IMG/VR virus record: IMGVR_UViG_3300012663_000645
Coordinates: 1 to 29,444 of that record
Reading direction: 5' to 3' (one strand)
Origin: a virus
Taxonomy: Duplodnaviria; Caudoviricetes
Length of the DNA: 29,444 nucleotides
A model generated the notes under the pieces. That model searched no databases and had not been told where the DNA came from. It saw nothing but the letters and a program-made list of their open reading frames with translations. The position numbers and the translations under genes are program-made. Each line of letters begins with the position of its first letter. The first letter of the stretch is position 1. This document shows, piece after piece, positions 8,367 to 17,562 of the stretch.

Positions 8367-9023
8367 TTATAGGCCAGCAAAAACTGCGTTTGCGCTAGTG
8401 TTTGCGGATTGTGTGTTAGCAGCAGTTGGATTAGCAAGTGCAACTAATGTTTCTTTTAAGAAACGAACTGTACCATCGTTGTTGATTTTACGTGTAATAC
8501 GATTCCAACCAGCATTCACATTACCTATTTTTGTGTTAGCAACGTTTGAACCACCACCAAAAGCAGTACCTTGTGTGTTGGCCATACGTGATGCAGTTAC
8601 TAGAACCACATCGTTTGCTGCACCAAAACCAAATCCGCCAGCAGATGCTTGCCATGGAAGTGAATTACCAACAACAACAACTTGACCTGCAGCTAATGTA
8701 CCCATAACGTTATTTGTTAAACGAATTGTGGCGTTTGCTGTGTCAATTTGAGTGATAGTGTTGTTTGACTTCCAGAAGGCACTTTCGTTACCATCTAAAA
8801 TAGACAAATCTTTATTACTGCGTGCTACCGAATTGTTTGCATCAGCAGAATAAACAAAAAATCCTGAAGCCAAGACTGAAAAGTTGGTGTTCGAGGTGAA
8901 CACAATAGTGTTACCTGCGGTTGTTGCGTTAGCGGTGACAAATGAACCAACGGGTACAACTTCTCTCAAATATGAAAAGTGTGGTTTATTGTTGGAACTG
9001 TCGGTGTTTCCCCATAGTGACAT
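8367..9023 (-). CDS. Probable virion structural protein (MSLWG N-terminus)
   Basis: A/N/T/G-rich; MSLWGNTD...KP start and GW...R.LKETLVA end, typical of T4-like structural proteins; has its own promoter, AAGGAG RBS and terminator. Confidence 0.7.
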   Translation of the reverse strand: MSLWGNTDSSNNKPHFSYLREVVPVGSFVTANATTAGNTIVFTSNTNFSVLASGFFVYSADANNSVARSNKDLSILDGNESAFWKSNNTITQIDTANATIRLTNNVMGTLAAGQVVVVGNSLPWQASAGGFGFGAANDVVLVTASRMANTQGTAFGGGSNVANTKIGNVNAGWNRITRKINNDGTVRFLKETLVALANPTAANTQSANTSANAVFAGL

Positions 9024-9058
9024 TTTATTCTCCTTAGAATTCTTATGAATTAATTACC

Positions 9059-9065
9059 TATTTAT
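9059..9065 (-). promoter_or_regulatory. Late promoter variant ATAAATA
   Basis: Overlaps the TAA of the upstream gene, 36 nt before the 9023 start. Confidence 0.7.
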
Positions 9066-10174
9066 CGTTTCTGCGGCGTTGCCTTGGTGGGGTCAGGTTG
9101 ACCTGGACGAAGCCTCATTGCTGGATCAATCTCGACTGTATCCCTTGTGGTACCAGTCATCGTTTTACCACCTTTAAGAACCGCAGCTGCAGGTTCTCTA
9201 TCATCATTTTTCTTTCCCAAACTTTTTACGGACTTATCTTCTTTTTCGTGGTCATATAATTCTTCCGATACCACTTCCTCTTTTACACCTTGTCTCTTGT
9301 AGATAGACTTAATGATACGAGCAGATTTAGAACGTTGTGCTTTGGTGTCATCAGTGTTGTTTCCACCATCAAATACTGTTTGTGTTGCTGCTTGTGGATC
9401 CTGATATACATCTTCTTTGTTCAAAGACTTTTTAATACTGGCAGTTGTCTTTTCAATCTGTTTACCAGTGGCCTTCATAATATTCATCCAACGGTCAGTT
9501 GATTTTTTATGTTTGCCTTGTGCAGTTAAATCATCAGCAGATTTCTTAGCACCAGTTTTGTAACGGTCGAGTAATTCTGAACTAACTTCCGAAACAACTT
9601 CTTCATTTTTGCTGGACAAATAATTGCCAACAGTATCAACATAATCTGTTGCCAGTGTTATCTTGGACTGAACCCATGCAGGCAGTTGTTTCTCATAGTC
9701 TTTACCAATATGTGTGCGAATCATTGTAACAGCACGTTCTAATTGATCCATCTGACTGAGTACCATACTACCTTCATCATCAAGCATTTTGCCCATAGCG
9801 ATTGCAATATGACTCTCTTTAATGTTAGCAATAGTATTGTAATCATCCATGGTCAATACACCTTTATTGCGTATTGAGATTAGTTTCTCAACCACACGGT
9901 GCAAATCCATATCTGTTTTAATATCTTCTCTGGCCAATTCTAATACTCGAATCAACAATGGAATGTCAAGTATAACTGTGTCTTTCTTGTCCACTGATTC
10001 GTTTACGTGGTCGGCTTTCCACTTAATGAAATCACCAGATTTTGCATGTGAAACTTTTGTGTCTTTTGTCACATGCAAAGGATTGATACCCCTTGACATG
10101 AGGTATTTGTCTAACATTTTGTCTTCGGTAATGCTACCTTTGACTATATTTTTTAATAGATTGGATCTACTCAT
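9062..10174 (-). CDS. Modular probable internal virion protein
   Basis: Small charged modules (DIPLLIRVLELARED; QLPAWVQSKITLATDY; EVSSELLDRYK) separated by (I/V/L)-x-E sites. Confidence 0.7.
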   Translation of the reverse strand: MSRSNLLKNIVKGSITEDKMLDKYLMSRGINPLHVTKDTKVSHAKSGDFIKWKADHVNESVDKKDTVILDIPLLIRVLELAREDIKTDMDLHRVVEKLISIRNKGVLTMDDYNTIANIKESHIAIAMGKMLDDEGSMVLSQMDQLERAVTMIRTHIGKDYEKQLPAWVQSKITLATDYVDTVGNYLSSKNEEVVSEVSSELLDRYKTGAKKSADDLTAQGKHKKSTDRWMNIMKATGKQIEKTTASIKKSLNKEDVYQDPQAATQTVFDGGNNTDDTKAQRSKSARIIKSIYKRQGVKEEVVSEELYDHEKEDKSVKSLGKKNDDREPAAAVLKGGKTMTGTTRDTVEIDPAMRLRPGQPDPTKATPQKR

Positions 10175-10183
10175 TTTTATACC

Positions 10184-10342
10184 TTATTTAACTGACAAAT
10201 CACTTTTAATCTTTTTCATTGCTGTTGTTGCAAGATGCTTTGCATATTTTGCCGGAGTTATTTTTGAACTTGTATCTGTTGCAAAATCAGTTGCGGATCC
10301 TACGCCGGCGTCCATTGCAGGATCTTTAGCTTCACTCACTTT
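10184..10342 (-). CDS. 52-codon -1-frame extension of the upstream gene (or a separate 43-aa ORF from ATG 10315)
   Basis: Open frame KVSEAKDPAMDAGVGS...KIKSDLSVK* begins in the A10 run and fills the otherwise empty 10175-10335 gap. Confidence 0.6.
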   Translation of the reverse strand, partial: KVSEAKDPAMDAGVGSATDFATDTSSKITPAKYAKHLATTAMKKIKSDLSVK

Positions 10343-10965
10343 TTTTTTTCGTCTTCTTCTGGTTCTTCTTTTTGTTTTGAACCACCGTAACGAGTACCTT
10401 GTTTCTTGCCTGCGCCACCATTAGGTTGTGGTCCTCTCTTGGTGAAACTCTTCCAATCAAAAGCATTTGGTTTCTTTTCTTCTTCTGCTTTCAATTCGAC
10501 CTTAGCACTTGTGTGTTCATTCTCATGTTCACCAGCAACTTTTTGTGGACCAGCCAAGGTGTCGATTGTCTTTTTCTTTGCGTTGAGTTTTTCATCCAAC
10601 ACTCTACGGAAACCTCTTAAAGTAAGTTCTTTTTCTTCTTTTTGAGTACCGTCAGATTTTTTGTGTGACTGATAACCTTTATTCTTCATTGACCAAGCCA
10701 ATGCAAAAGGATTATCAATGTCTTTGTGTTTCTTCATTGCTTTCACAGTACCTTCAAAACCAGGAGGTGCAACTTCATCAACAGTTTCTTCGTTTTTCTG
10801 ACCACGGAGAATTTTGAAATCTTGACTATCAATCTTGTTGTTCTTGTTCTTGTCAAGTTTGTGTTGATTGCCTTTTAAGGCTTCATCTAATTCTTTTTCA
10901 CTCGTTTCAACAACACCTTTAACGGCTGTGGCAATAGAATCATATTTTAATTTATTTGTGAACAT
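10336..10965 (-). CDS. Lys/Glu-rich modular probable internal virion protein
   Basis: AGGAG RBS; EF-hand-like DKNKNNKIDSQDF; APPGFEGTVKAMKK...NPFALAWSMK module; LDE/VDE sites; ends at a slippery sequence. Confidence 0.8.
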   Translation of the reverse strand: MFTNKLKYDSIATAVKGVVETSEKELDEALKGNQHKLDKNKNNKIDSQDFKILRGQKNEETVDEVAPPGFEGTVKAMKKHKDIDNPFALAWSMKNKGYQSHKKSDGTQKEEKELTLRGFRRVLDEKLNAKKKTIDTLAGPQKVAGEHENEHTSAKVELKAEEEKKPNAFDWKSFTKRGPQPNGGAGKKQGTRYGGSKQKEEPEEDEKKK

Positions 10966-11437
10966 TTTTGTCTCCTGATTTAACCTTTTTTATTTTTGCA
11001 CCCGTGCGGTCTTGGTCTCTGTAAGTCTGCATTGGTTCTTTATTGGTTGCGCCGCCAGCAGTACCATAAACACCCATATCGTTTGCACCTGGATCGTCTA
11101 TCGCTTCTCTGAATTTGGTGAATGATTTGCCGGTACGCTCTGTGGTCCCCATTTGATATTTATCTACCTTTGGTTCCATACTTTCCCTATATGTGATATC
11201 ACCCAAACCAGATGCTGTGCCTACCGGTCTTGTGTTCCACTCTTGACCCACACCTGGACTATTAATTTTGGTGGAGTTTGGTGTATCACTAAATCTTTTC
11301 TTCTTTGCAGTTTCTTTATCTTTATTGAAATTTGACATTCTAGGCATAGGTTTGGTAACTAATGACGGTTGTTCGTCTAGTTCCATTTTATTCTTAACCT
11401 TTATCAGATTTTCAATATAATTGACTGATTGTAACAT
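10952..11437 (-). CDS. Hydrophilic hypothetical protein, possibly the detached C-terminus of the 18655-20529 gene
   Basis: GGAG RBS 5 nt before the ATG; low complexity; internal KSFTKFREA motif. Confidence 0.7.
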   Translation of the reverse strand: MLQSVNYIENLIKVKNKMELDEQPSLVTKPMPRMSNFNKDKETAKKKRFSDTPNSTKINSPGVGQEWNTRPVGTASGLGDITYRESMEPKVDKYQMGTTERTGKSFTKFREAIDDPGANDMGVYGTAGGATNKEPMQTYRDQDRTGAKIKKVKSGDKNVHK

Positions 11438-11448
11438 TTAAACTCCGA

Positions 11449-14400
11449 TTAAAACAGTTCACTATCTAACTCATCTTGCAGAGGATCCAGATTTGTTAGT
11501 GAACCATTTAATAACATTTCATCTTCCATGAGAATTCTCTGTCTAATTCTATTTATGGCAATACTATTGGCATCCATTTCGGACATTGCGTTCATACTTC
11601 TAATGAACTCAACCTGTGTATTGCCTTTTACATTTACTGCACCAGTACTATTATTGCTTGTTGTTCTTGGATCCAGACCAAAAGTCTTCAATATGAAGCG
11701 TGATGGTGTGCTTGATACCTCGATAACAGATTTTACTGGTTCTTTCTTCGCAAAGTTTAGATACTTGGCTGCAGCGCCTGTACCTGTGATTGTTCCAATA
11801 GTACCAGAAGATTCAATATCCCATACGAATGGTTTAGGTTTCTTGTTCCAGAATGAGAACGCACGTGGATTGTTGTAACCGCCGCCACCAAGGTTTGCAT
11901 CTATGAAACGTTGTAAGTCGCCTTGTGGACTTAGGAACTCGGCCTCTGTTGAAGAACCGGTTGTAACCAAAGTACCAAAACTGTTTTCAAAGTACTTTTC
12001 TGTCTTGAAGAACAGTATTAGTGAACCAGTACTTTCAAAATTACGTATTGTTGTGTATGGTGTATCTTGTGAACTGATGACTTCGGTGGTTGTGGAGTTT
12101 ACACCCCATACTTTGTCAACACGACCAGCTGCGCCAGTTACATATACGAGACCACTACTCTGTTCACCCTTAGCAATGTTGTATACAGCATTTGTACCTA
12201 CAATCAGGAAAGTACCAGAAGATTCCACTCGCTTTGCAAAAACAGCAACTGAACTACCAGATAAGTAAATCTGACCAGCATTTCCTTCTACCGGAATCAC
12301 TAAACCAGCAGAACCAGTAATAGTCAAATAACCACGTGACTTATTACCAATAATTGTTATATCGGTGTTACCAGTTGTTACCAGTGTAACATCACTTGCT
12401 GGACGTAATACGAAATTGTATTCCGATACGGTATTCAAATAAATTGTACTATCCGAACTGGCACCGTAAATTGATCCAGAAAGTCGTGCATCTGGACCAT
12501 AGAACGTTATGGTGCCAGTAGATTCCGCAGTTAATGTTTGTTCAAATTGCGATTGTGTGGTTAACTTTAAATTACCAACAGAAATTTGATCCAGTGCAGG
12601 TTTGGTTACAACAGTTTGAACTCTATTGTAACCAAATCCGCCTGCGATTGAAAGTTGTGCAAGTGAAGAACCAGCAATTGCACTAGATGAACCAATTGAA
12701 TTTTCACCGTAAGGGAACAGTTTCAGACTACCACTAGATGTTTCATGTAGTGTTAGATTATTGAAAATTGTATTAACTTGGCTGTAACGGTTATTTGAAC
12801 CCGCAGCAATTGGTACACCAGCTAATGTCTCAGTAGAAATGCCGCCGGTTTTGGCCAGACCAACACGCTCAGGGAAACTAACTGTTAAGTAACCACGTGA
12901 TGGATGTGTATATGATAGTAATTGTAATCCAGGTACAAGTACAACACCACCAGTTGATTCTTCGTTGTAAGCTTTCTGTACAAATGTATCAACAGATATA
13001 CTCAACGAACCGGAAGATGTGAATATATTATCTTTATACTCTACTTCATTCAATCTGTATGAAACAGTTGTTACGGAACGAGTTGTTATATCACCAACAA
13101 TTGGTGTTGATGCGATTGGAGAACCTGCAATTGCAGAATCTAGGAACCTCAATTCACCATATGGTACCAACGACAAATTGGCAATATCTGAATTTTGTAT
13201 TACTGCTTTGTTTGTTACAGAATCGGTTGTTAATAACAAATCGACAGAACTTGAATTCTGTGTCTTAAATTCGGTTGCAGTGGTGCTGGTCAAATTCAAT
13301 TGACCAGTTGAAATTGCACCAAGTTCTAATAATGGTAAGTCAACACCATTCAACCACAAGTAACCAACAGAATCAATATTCTGTAATGTTCTGATTGTTG
13401 AACGTTGTGTAAGTTCTGCTTCACCCGAAATAGGTGTGGATGCTAACGGAGCACCAGAAATACCATTAATTGAATTTGGTTTTTCTGTGATGTAATAGGT
13501 GTATAGACTTCCTGTTGATAGGAAATCAAGCGTCTTATTAAATTCAGAGACTGTCGTTAGTACAGTTTCACCAGATGTTGCTCTATTGTATGTGTCACTG
13601 TATAGACTTACAGAACTCAACAACAATGTGCCGGTTGAAATAATATTCAATCGGTCACGGTAGGCATCGGTATTAATTAATGTAGTATAACCAATACTGT
13701 TTTCGGTTCTAATACTATTTGTTACTAAACTAGATGTTAGTTTTAATTGACCAGATGTGTTTTCATTTCTTAGTCCATTTGTTACTAATGATGAATTTAA
13801 TAATATTTGGCCTGAACTTGACACCAAATATTTTTGAGCAGAAGAACTCGATTCACTGGATATCAGTAATGAACCAGAAGAATTAATTATGCGTACATCA
13901 ACATAATTCGTTTGACCGTTACCCAAGAAGACTTCAATTCCGGAACCACCGGAAACAGGCAATGAAGAAATTGCAGAACCAGCTAATCCAGATGCGTTAC
14001 CAAAATAGTTATCACCTTTTGTGGCAAATTTTAATGTGCTAGTGGATTGTTCATTGCGTATGGAATTCGTTACATACGATTTTGTTAATGTTAATTCACC
14101 ACTAGACAGCGCCGTTTGATTGAATTTCTGTGTTGTGGAACCATTATGTACTAATTGACCAACAGAAGTAATTTGAACAATTTCACGATAAGAATCTGTA
14201 TTGACTAACGTGAAACTTCCTGAACTTATTTCAGTACGAATACTTCTTGTTACTAAACTAGATGTTAGTTGTAGTTGAACAGAAGAATCACCATTTCTTA
14301 AACTATCAGTCAATAGTTCAGAACTCAATACCAAGTCACCAGAACTTAATATGAGGTTCAATGAACCTTGGCCTGTTGCACCAGCAACAAGGTTTAATGT

Positions 14401-16134
14401 TCCAGTAGAAACAACGGTACGAGTTTGATTGGTTCGTGTCTGACCATCATTGATGTATTCTATTACACCACTATTACCACCCAATGGCAAACCTGCAATT
14501 GCAGAACCAGCAATTGAACCAACGTCAGTTAAATGACTTACACCATAATTTGTTGTGACCAGTTGTACATCGGACAAATGGTTGATTGTCTTTTCCCATG
14601 CAACAACAGATGTTAGTTCCAATAAATCTGAACTGAGTTGATTTATTGTTTTACGGAATACTGAAACGTTTGTTGTTACTAATTGTCCAGAAGACAATAC
14701 GAGTAATATTTGTGTTGGTAATTGGAATGAACCAACTATGTTTAAAACACCAGATGATGTAATGTTACGTATAGAAGCAAACTTCGAAACTGCACTATCA
14801 TATTCACCAGAAAGGGTCAACGAAGCAAGAGGTGCGCCGGCAAGAACACCGGATTCTGTAATAGAATTTTGACCAACGTTAGTTACAACCAAATCACCAG
14901 TGGATGTTGGATGTATCTTGCGTTCATAAACCCAATTAGTTGACAACAATAATTGGTCGTCAGAATTTACATTGAGTTTTGTTTCTGTATTCGAAACAGT
15001 TGATAAAAGTAAATTACCAGAAGATTCTTCAACGTAGTTTACCGCAGTTCCAAGAGCAACAAATGTGATATTGCCAGAAGACTGGAATTGTCTTACACTT
15101 GCATATTCAGATGGACGATATTGAGTGTCTTGTGATGAAATTGCCTGTGAAGCAAGTGCATCACCAGACAGTGTGCCGGATTCTGTTATTCTACGTACAA
15201 ATTCACCAACTGGTTGTATTACCAGATTACCAGTACTCGCAACACTACCCAGGAACGTTACGGTTGTTACAAGTTGACTTAAATCTAGTGGAGAACCAGC
15301 AACAGGAACAGTCGCCAGTGGAGTGGTGAATAGACCACTTCCTGGTGTACCACCTTGTCGTTTATTGACAAAAGGTAGTACCGTAGCAGAATATATGGAC
15401 GGTTTGAATTCGGTTGTGTAAACTGTGGTTAGTTCCATTGAACCAACAGCGGTTCTGTTCCAAATTCGTGTTCTTACTGATTCACCAGTTGTTACTAATT
15501 GTACTGTACTGCTATTATTTGACAGTATTCTATAAGCAACATTTGTTGAAATTACAAGGTCAACAGAACTATCTTCTAAACGTAGTGAACTATTGAGTGT
15601 TGTCGGAACAAATTTTAATTCGCCGTTACTATCTTCTAAACGTAACGATTGTTGTACAACTGTGCCGGTTAGATTTAATGCACCAGTAAGGGATGTAACT
15701 CCATAAGAAATAATGCCTACACTATTTCCTGTGAAACTCAATGTACCAGTACTGGTTATTACACCCTTAGGTGCATTGATTTTCTGTATTATTGTTTGTA
15801 CGTATGTGGTGACAGTACCTGATTGCGGTAATTCTGCAAGTGCAGAACCAGCAATACCACTACCTGCATCAACCTTGTATGTGGTTAATTTTATTGTACC
15901 TGATGAAGAACTTTCATATGTTCTGGCTACAGGTATAAAAGTTCCGGTTAGTGGTACTTGGCCAATAGCCGATACTGAGATACCACCAACAGTAGAAACT
16001 CTAAATGATATTAGTTTTATTGTACCTGATGAGGAACGTTCATATGTTCGGGCTACAGGCGTAAACGAGCCGGCGAGTGGTACTTCACCAATCGCTGATA
16101 CTGAGATACCACTGATTAAGTTTGCGGTAGCCAA
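11449..16134 (-). CDS. 1561-aa Ser/Thr/Gly-rich repetitive structural protein (candidate fibre scaffold/ruler)
   Basis: 4.7 kb uninterrupted ORF; TTG start 9 nt after GGAG; about 50 copies of a ~20-aa S[ST]GxLxL unit and 12 copies of a GxxLAxxPIxG-like motif; charged C-terminus RIRQRILMEDEMLL. Confidence 0.8.
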   Translation of the reverse strand: MATANLISGISVSAIGEVPLAGSFTPVARTYERSSSGTIKLISFRVSTVGGISVSAIGQVPLTGTFIPVARTYESSSSGTIKLTTYKVDAGSGIAGSALAELPQSGTVTTYVQTIIQKINAPKGVITSTGTLSFTGNSVGIISYGVTSLTGALNLTGTVVQQSLRLEDSNGELKFVPTTLNSSLRLEDSSVDLVISTNVAYRILSNNSSTVQLVTTGESVRTRIWNRTAVGSMELTTVYTTEFKPSIYSATVLPFVNKRQGGTPGSGLFTTPLATVPVAGSPLDLSQLVTTVTFLGSVASTGNLVIQPVGEFVRRITESGTLSGDALASQAISSQDTQYRPSEYASVRQFQSSGNITFVALGTAVNYVEESSGNLLLSTVSNTETKLNVNSDDQLLLSTNWVYERKIHPTSTGDLVVTNVGQNSITESGVLAGAPLASLTLSGEYDSAVSKFASIRNITSSGVLNIVGSFQLPTQILLVLSSGQLVTTNVSVFRKTINQLSSDLLELTSVVAWEKTINHLSDVQLVTTNYGVSHLTDVGSIAGSAIAGLPLGGNSGVIEYINDGQTRTNQTRTVVSTGTLNLVAGATGQGSLNLILSSGDLVLSSELLTDSLRNGDSSVQLQLTSSLVTRSIRTEISSGSFTLVNTDSYREIVQITSVGQLVHNGSTTQKFNQTALSSGELTLTKSYVTNSIRNEQSTSTLKFATKGDNYFGNASGLAGSAISSLPVSGGSGIEVFLGNGQTNYVDVRIINSSGSLLISSESSSSAQKYLVSSSGQILLNSSLVTNGLRNENTSGQLKLTSSLVTNSIRTENSIGYTTLINTDAYRDRLNIISTGTLLLSSVSLYSDTYNRATSGETVLTTVSEFNKTLDFLSTGSLYTYYITEKPNSINGISGAPLASTPISGEAELTQRSTIRTLQNIDSVGYLWLNGVDLPLLELGAISTGQLNLTSTTATEFKTQNSSSVDLLLTTDSVTNKAVIQNSDIANLSLVPYGELRFLDSAIAGSPIASTPIVGDITTRSVTTVSYRLNEVEYKDNIFTSSGSLSISVDTFVQKAYNEESTGGVVLVPGLQLLSYTHPSRGYLTVSFPERVGLAKTGGISTETLAGVPIAAGSNNRYSQVNTIFNNLTLHETSSGSLKLFPYGENSIGSSSAIAGSSLAQLSIAGGFGYNRVQTVVTKPALDQISVGNLKLTTQSQFEQTLTAESTGTITFYGPDARLSGSIYGASSDSTIYLNTVSEYNFVLRPASDVTLVTTGNTDITIIGNKSRGYLTITGSAGLVIPVEGNAGQIYLSGSSVAVFAKRVESSGTFLIVGTNAVYNIAKGEQSSGLVYVTGAAGRVDKVWGVNSTTTEVISSQDTPYTTIRNFESTGSLILFFKTEKYFENSFGTLVTTGSSTEAEFLSPQGDLQRFIDANLGGGGYNNPRAFSFWNKKPKPFVWDIESSGTIGTITGTGAAAKYLNFAKKEPVKSVIEVSSTPSRFILKTFGLDPRTTSNNSTGAVNVKGNTQVEFIRSMNAMSEMDANSIAINRIRQRILMEDEMLLNGSLTNLDPLQDELDSELF
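11550..11556 (-). promoter_or_regulatory. Possible late promoter ATAAATA
   Basis: Inside the end of the 1561-aa gene, about 110 nt upstream of 11437; it would restart transcription after the weakly expressed large gene. Confidence 0.45.
15888..16112. repeat. Recent intragenic tandem duplication, 126-nt (42-aa) period
   Basis: ttttattgtacctgatga..aac.ttcatatgttc.ggctacagg and gatactgagataccac each recur 126 nt apart (15895/16021; 15971/16097). Confidence 0.9.
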
Positions 16135-16158
16135 CGAACTGTTCTCCGGCTTTTACAT

Positions 16159-16196
16159 AAAAAAAAGGACACGGCTCAAAGAGCCAGTGTCCTTTT
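16159..16196 (-). terminator. Strong Rho-independent terminator
   Basis: Minus strand AAAA-GGACAC-T-GGCTC-TTT-GAGCC-GTGTCC-TTTTTTTT: 11-bp stem with one bulge and a U8 tail. Confidence 0.92.
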
Positions 16197-16223
16197 GGTG
16201 CTCCTTAAACCCTACGTACAGGG

Positions 16224-16230
16224 TATTTAG
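16224..16230 (-). promoter_or_regulatory. Possible late promoter variant CTAAATA
   Basis: Same heptamer as at 16899 and 19344; intergenic, but upstream of the terminator. Confidence 0.45.
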
Positions 16231-16236
16231 AAGTGA

Positions 16237-16878
16237 TTAATATGCTGCTGTTTCAAACCATTCGATACCAATAATGATGTTACCAACACCAGTAGCACCC
16301 ATAAGAATTTGATTGGTGATTACGAGTCCTTCGTTGTTTGCCAGAACGATTGGATAGTCGTTAGCATCGTAAGAAATCAAATCAGTTTGAGTTAATGAAG
16401 TACCAACGCCAGGAACCCAGAAATATGTCGTACCAAGTGGGTTTGCATCAAGTGTTCTAGTACCAGCAGTAATTGCAGCAGTACCTGAAACACGCACATC
16501 AGTCATTGCTGAACCAGCAAGTGAAGTACGATACTTATTGTTGTTACCGGTTAAAACAACTGCGGTTTGGCCGGAATCTGAACCGCTAAATGAACGGGCA
16601 GCATAAACACCAAGACCCATTTGTTGTGCAGCACCGAAAGCGGTAGTACACACAAAACCAACAGAGATACGTTTCACCACGCATACTGCACCAGTACCTG
16701 GAGCCCATCTAAATGAAAAGACAGGAGCACCAGCTGCAAGAGTGGTTACAGCACCAGTTGGAACAGATAATTGAAATGCACCAGTTAGTTCGTCTGGTTT
16801 AATAACCACACGAGCCGCCTTCATTGTTGGGTCAACTGTTAGAAGTGTAGAATCTACACCAGATTGAATTAATGCCAT
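16237..16878 (-). CDS. Beta-rich structural protein, paralog B (probably high copy)
   Basis: Collinear with 16902-17561 (PVFSFRWAPGTG, FVCTT, TAGTRTLD, YPI.L.NNEG, EWFET); own promoter, AAGGA RBS and downstream terminator. Confidence 0.8.
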   Translation of the reverse strand: MALIQSGVDSTLLTVDPTMKAARVVIKPDELTGAFQLSVPTGAVTTLAAGAPVFSFRWAPGTGAVCVVKRISVGFVCTTAFGAAQQMGLGVYAARSFSGSDSGQTAVVLTGNNNKYRTSLAGSAMTDVRVSGTAAITAGTRTLDANPLGTTYFWVPGVGTSLTQTDLISYDANDYPIVLANNEGLVITNQILMGATGVGNIIIGIEWFETAAY

Positions 16879-16898
16879 TTTGTTTTTCCTTAAATTAT

Positions 16899-16905
16899 TA
16901 TTTAG
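16899..16905 (-). promoter_or_regulatory. Late promoter variant CTAAATA
   Basis: Overlaps the upstream TAA, 21 nt before the 16878 start. Confidence 0.6.
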
Positions 16906-17561
16906 TTTTCTTTAAAACCGTCAGTTTCAAACCACTCAACTTTTACAGTAAGTGTACCGACACCAGCAGCACCCATAGCAACTGCATTTGTTACGACAAA
17001 CCCCTCGTTATTTTGCAAAATAATAGGATAATCATCCAAACTATATGATAACAAATTTGTATTTGTTAACAATGTACCAGCTGTGGTTGTTGGTGCATAA
17101 AAATAGGTTGAACCCATTGCATTTACATCAAGTGTTCTGGTACCAGCAGTCAATGCAGCTGCAGCAGAAATACGCACATCTGTAACTGCGGAATTATACA
17201 AAGATGTTCGGTTTTTATTGTTTTGAGTATAACCAACTGCAATACCGGTGCCGACAGTATCACTTGCTAAAAAGTTTCTTGCCAAAACTAAGTTATAACC
17301 CATTGATTGACCAGCAGTAAAACCTGTTGTGCAAACAAAGTTAACAGCAATACGTCTGATAGCACACAAGTGGCCAGTACCAGGGGCCCAACGGAATGAA
17401 AATACTGGAGCGTTAGCAGCAATACCCGTTAATGCACCTGATGCAGCAGTAATGTTAAAACTACCCAATATTTCATCCGGTTTAATTACTGTTCTAACTG
17501 TTTTTAGTGTTGTATCAACAGTTGCCAACGCAGATGTGTATGGACTTTGTATTTGTGCCAT
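16902..17561 (-). CDS. Beta-rich structural protein, paralog A
   Basis: Full-length paralog of 16237-16878; A/T/G/V-rich. Confidence 0.8.
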   Translation of the reverse strand: MAQIQSPYTSALATVDTTLKTVRTVIKPDEILGSFNITAASGALTGIAANAPVFSFRWAPGTGHLCAIRRIAVNFVCTTGFTAGQSMGYNLVLARNFLASDTVGTGIAVGYTQNNKNRTSLYNSAVTDVRISAAAALTAGTRTLDVNAMGSTYFYAPTTTAGTLLTNTNLLSYSLDDYPIILQNNEGFVVTNAVAMGAAGVGTLTVKVEWFETDGFKEN

Positions 17562-17562
17562 G

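Noticed and set aside
15569-16112. Direct repeats as a possible CRISPR array or DGR template/variable repeat
   Set aside because: The repeats are in-frame coding duplications without unique spacers; mismatches are not adenine-specific and there is no reverse transcriptase or cas gene in the window.
16135-16239. Stop read-through fusing the 213-aa gene to the 1561-aa gene
   Set aside because: The frames differ and both have in-frame TAA stops in the intergenic region.
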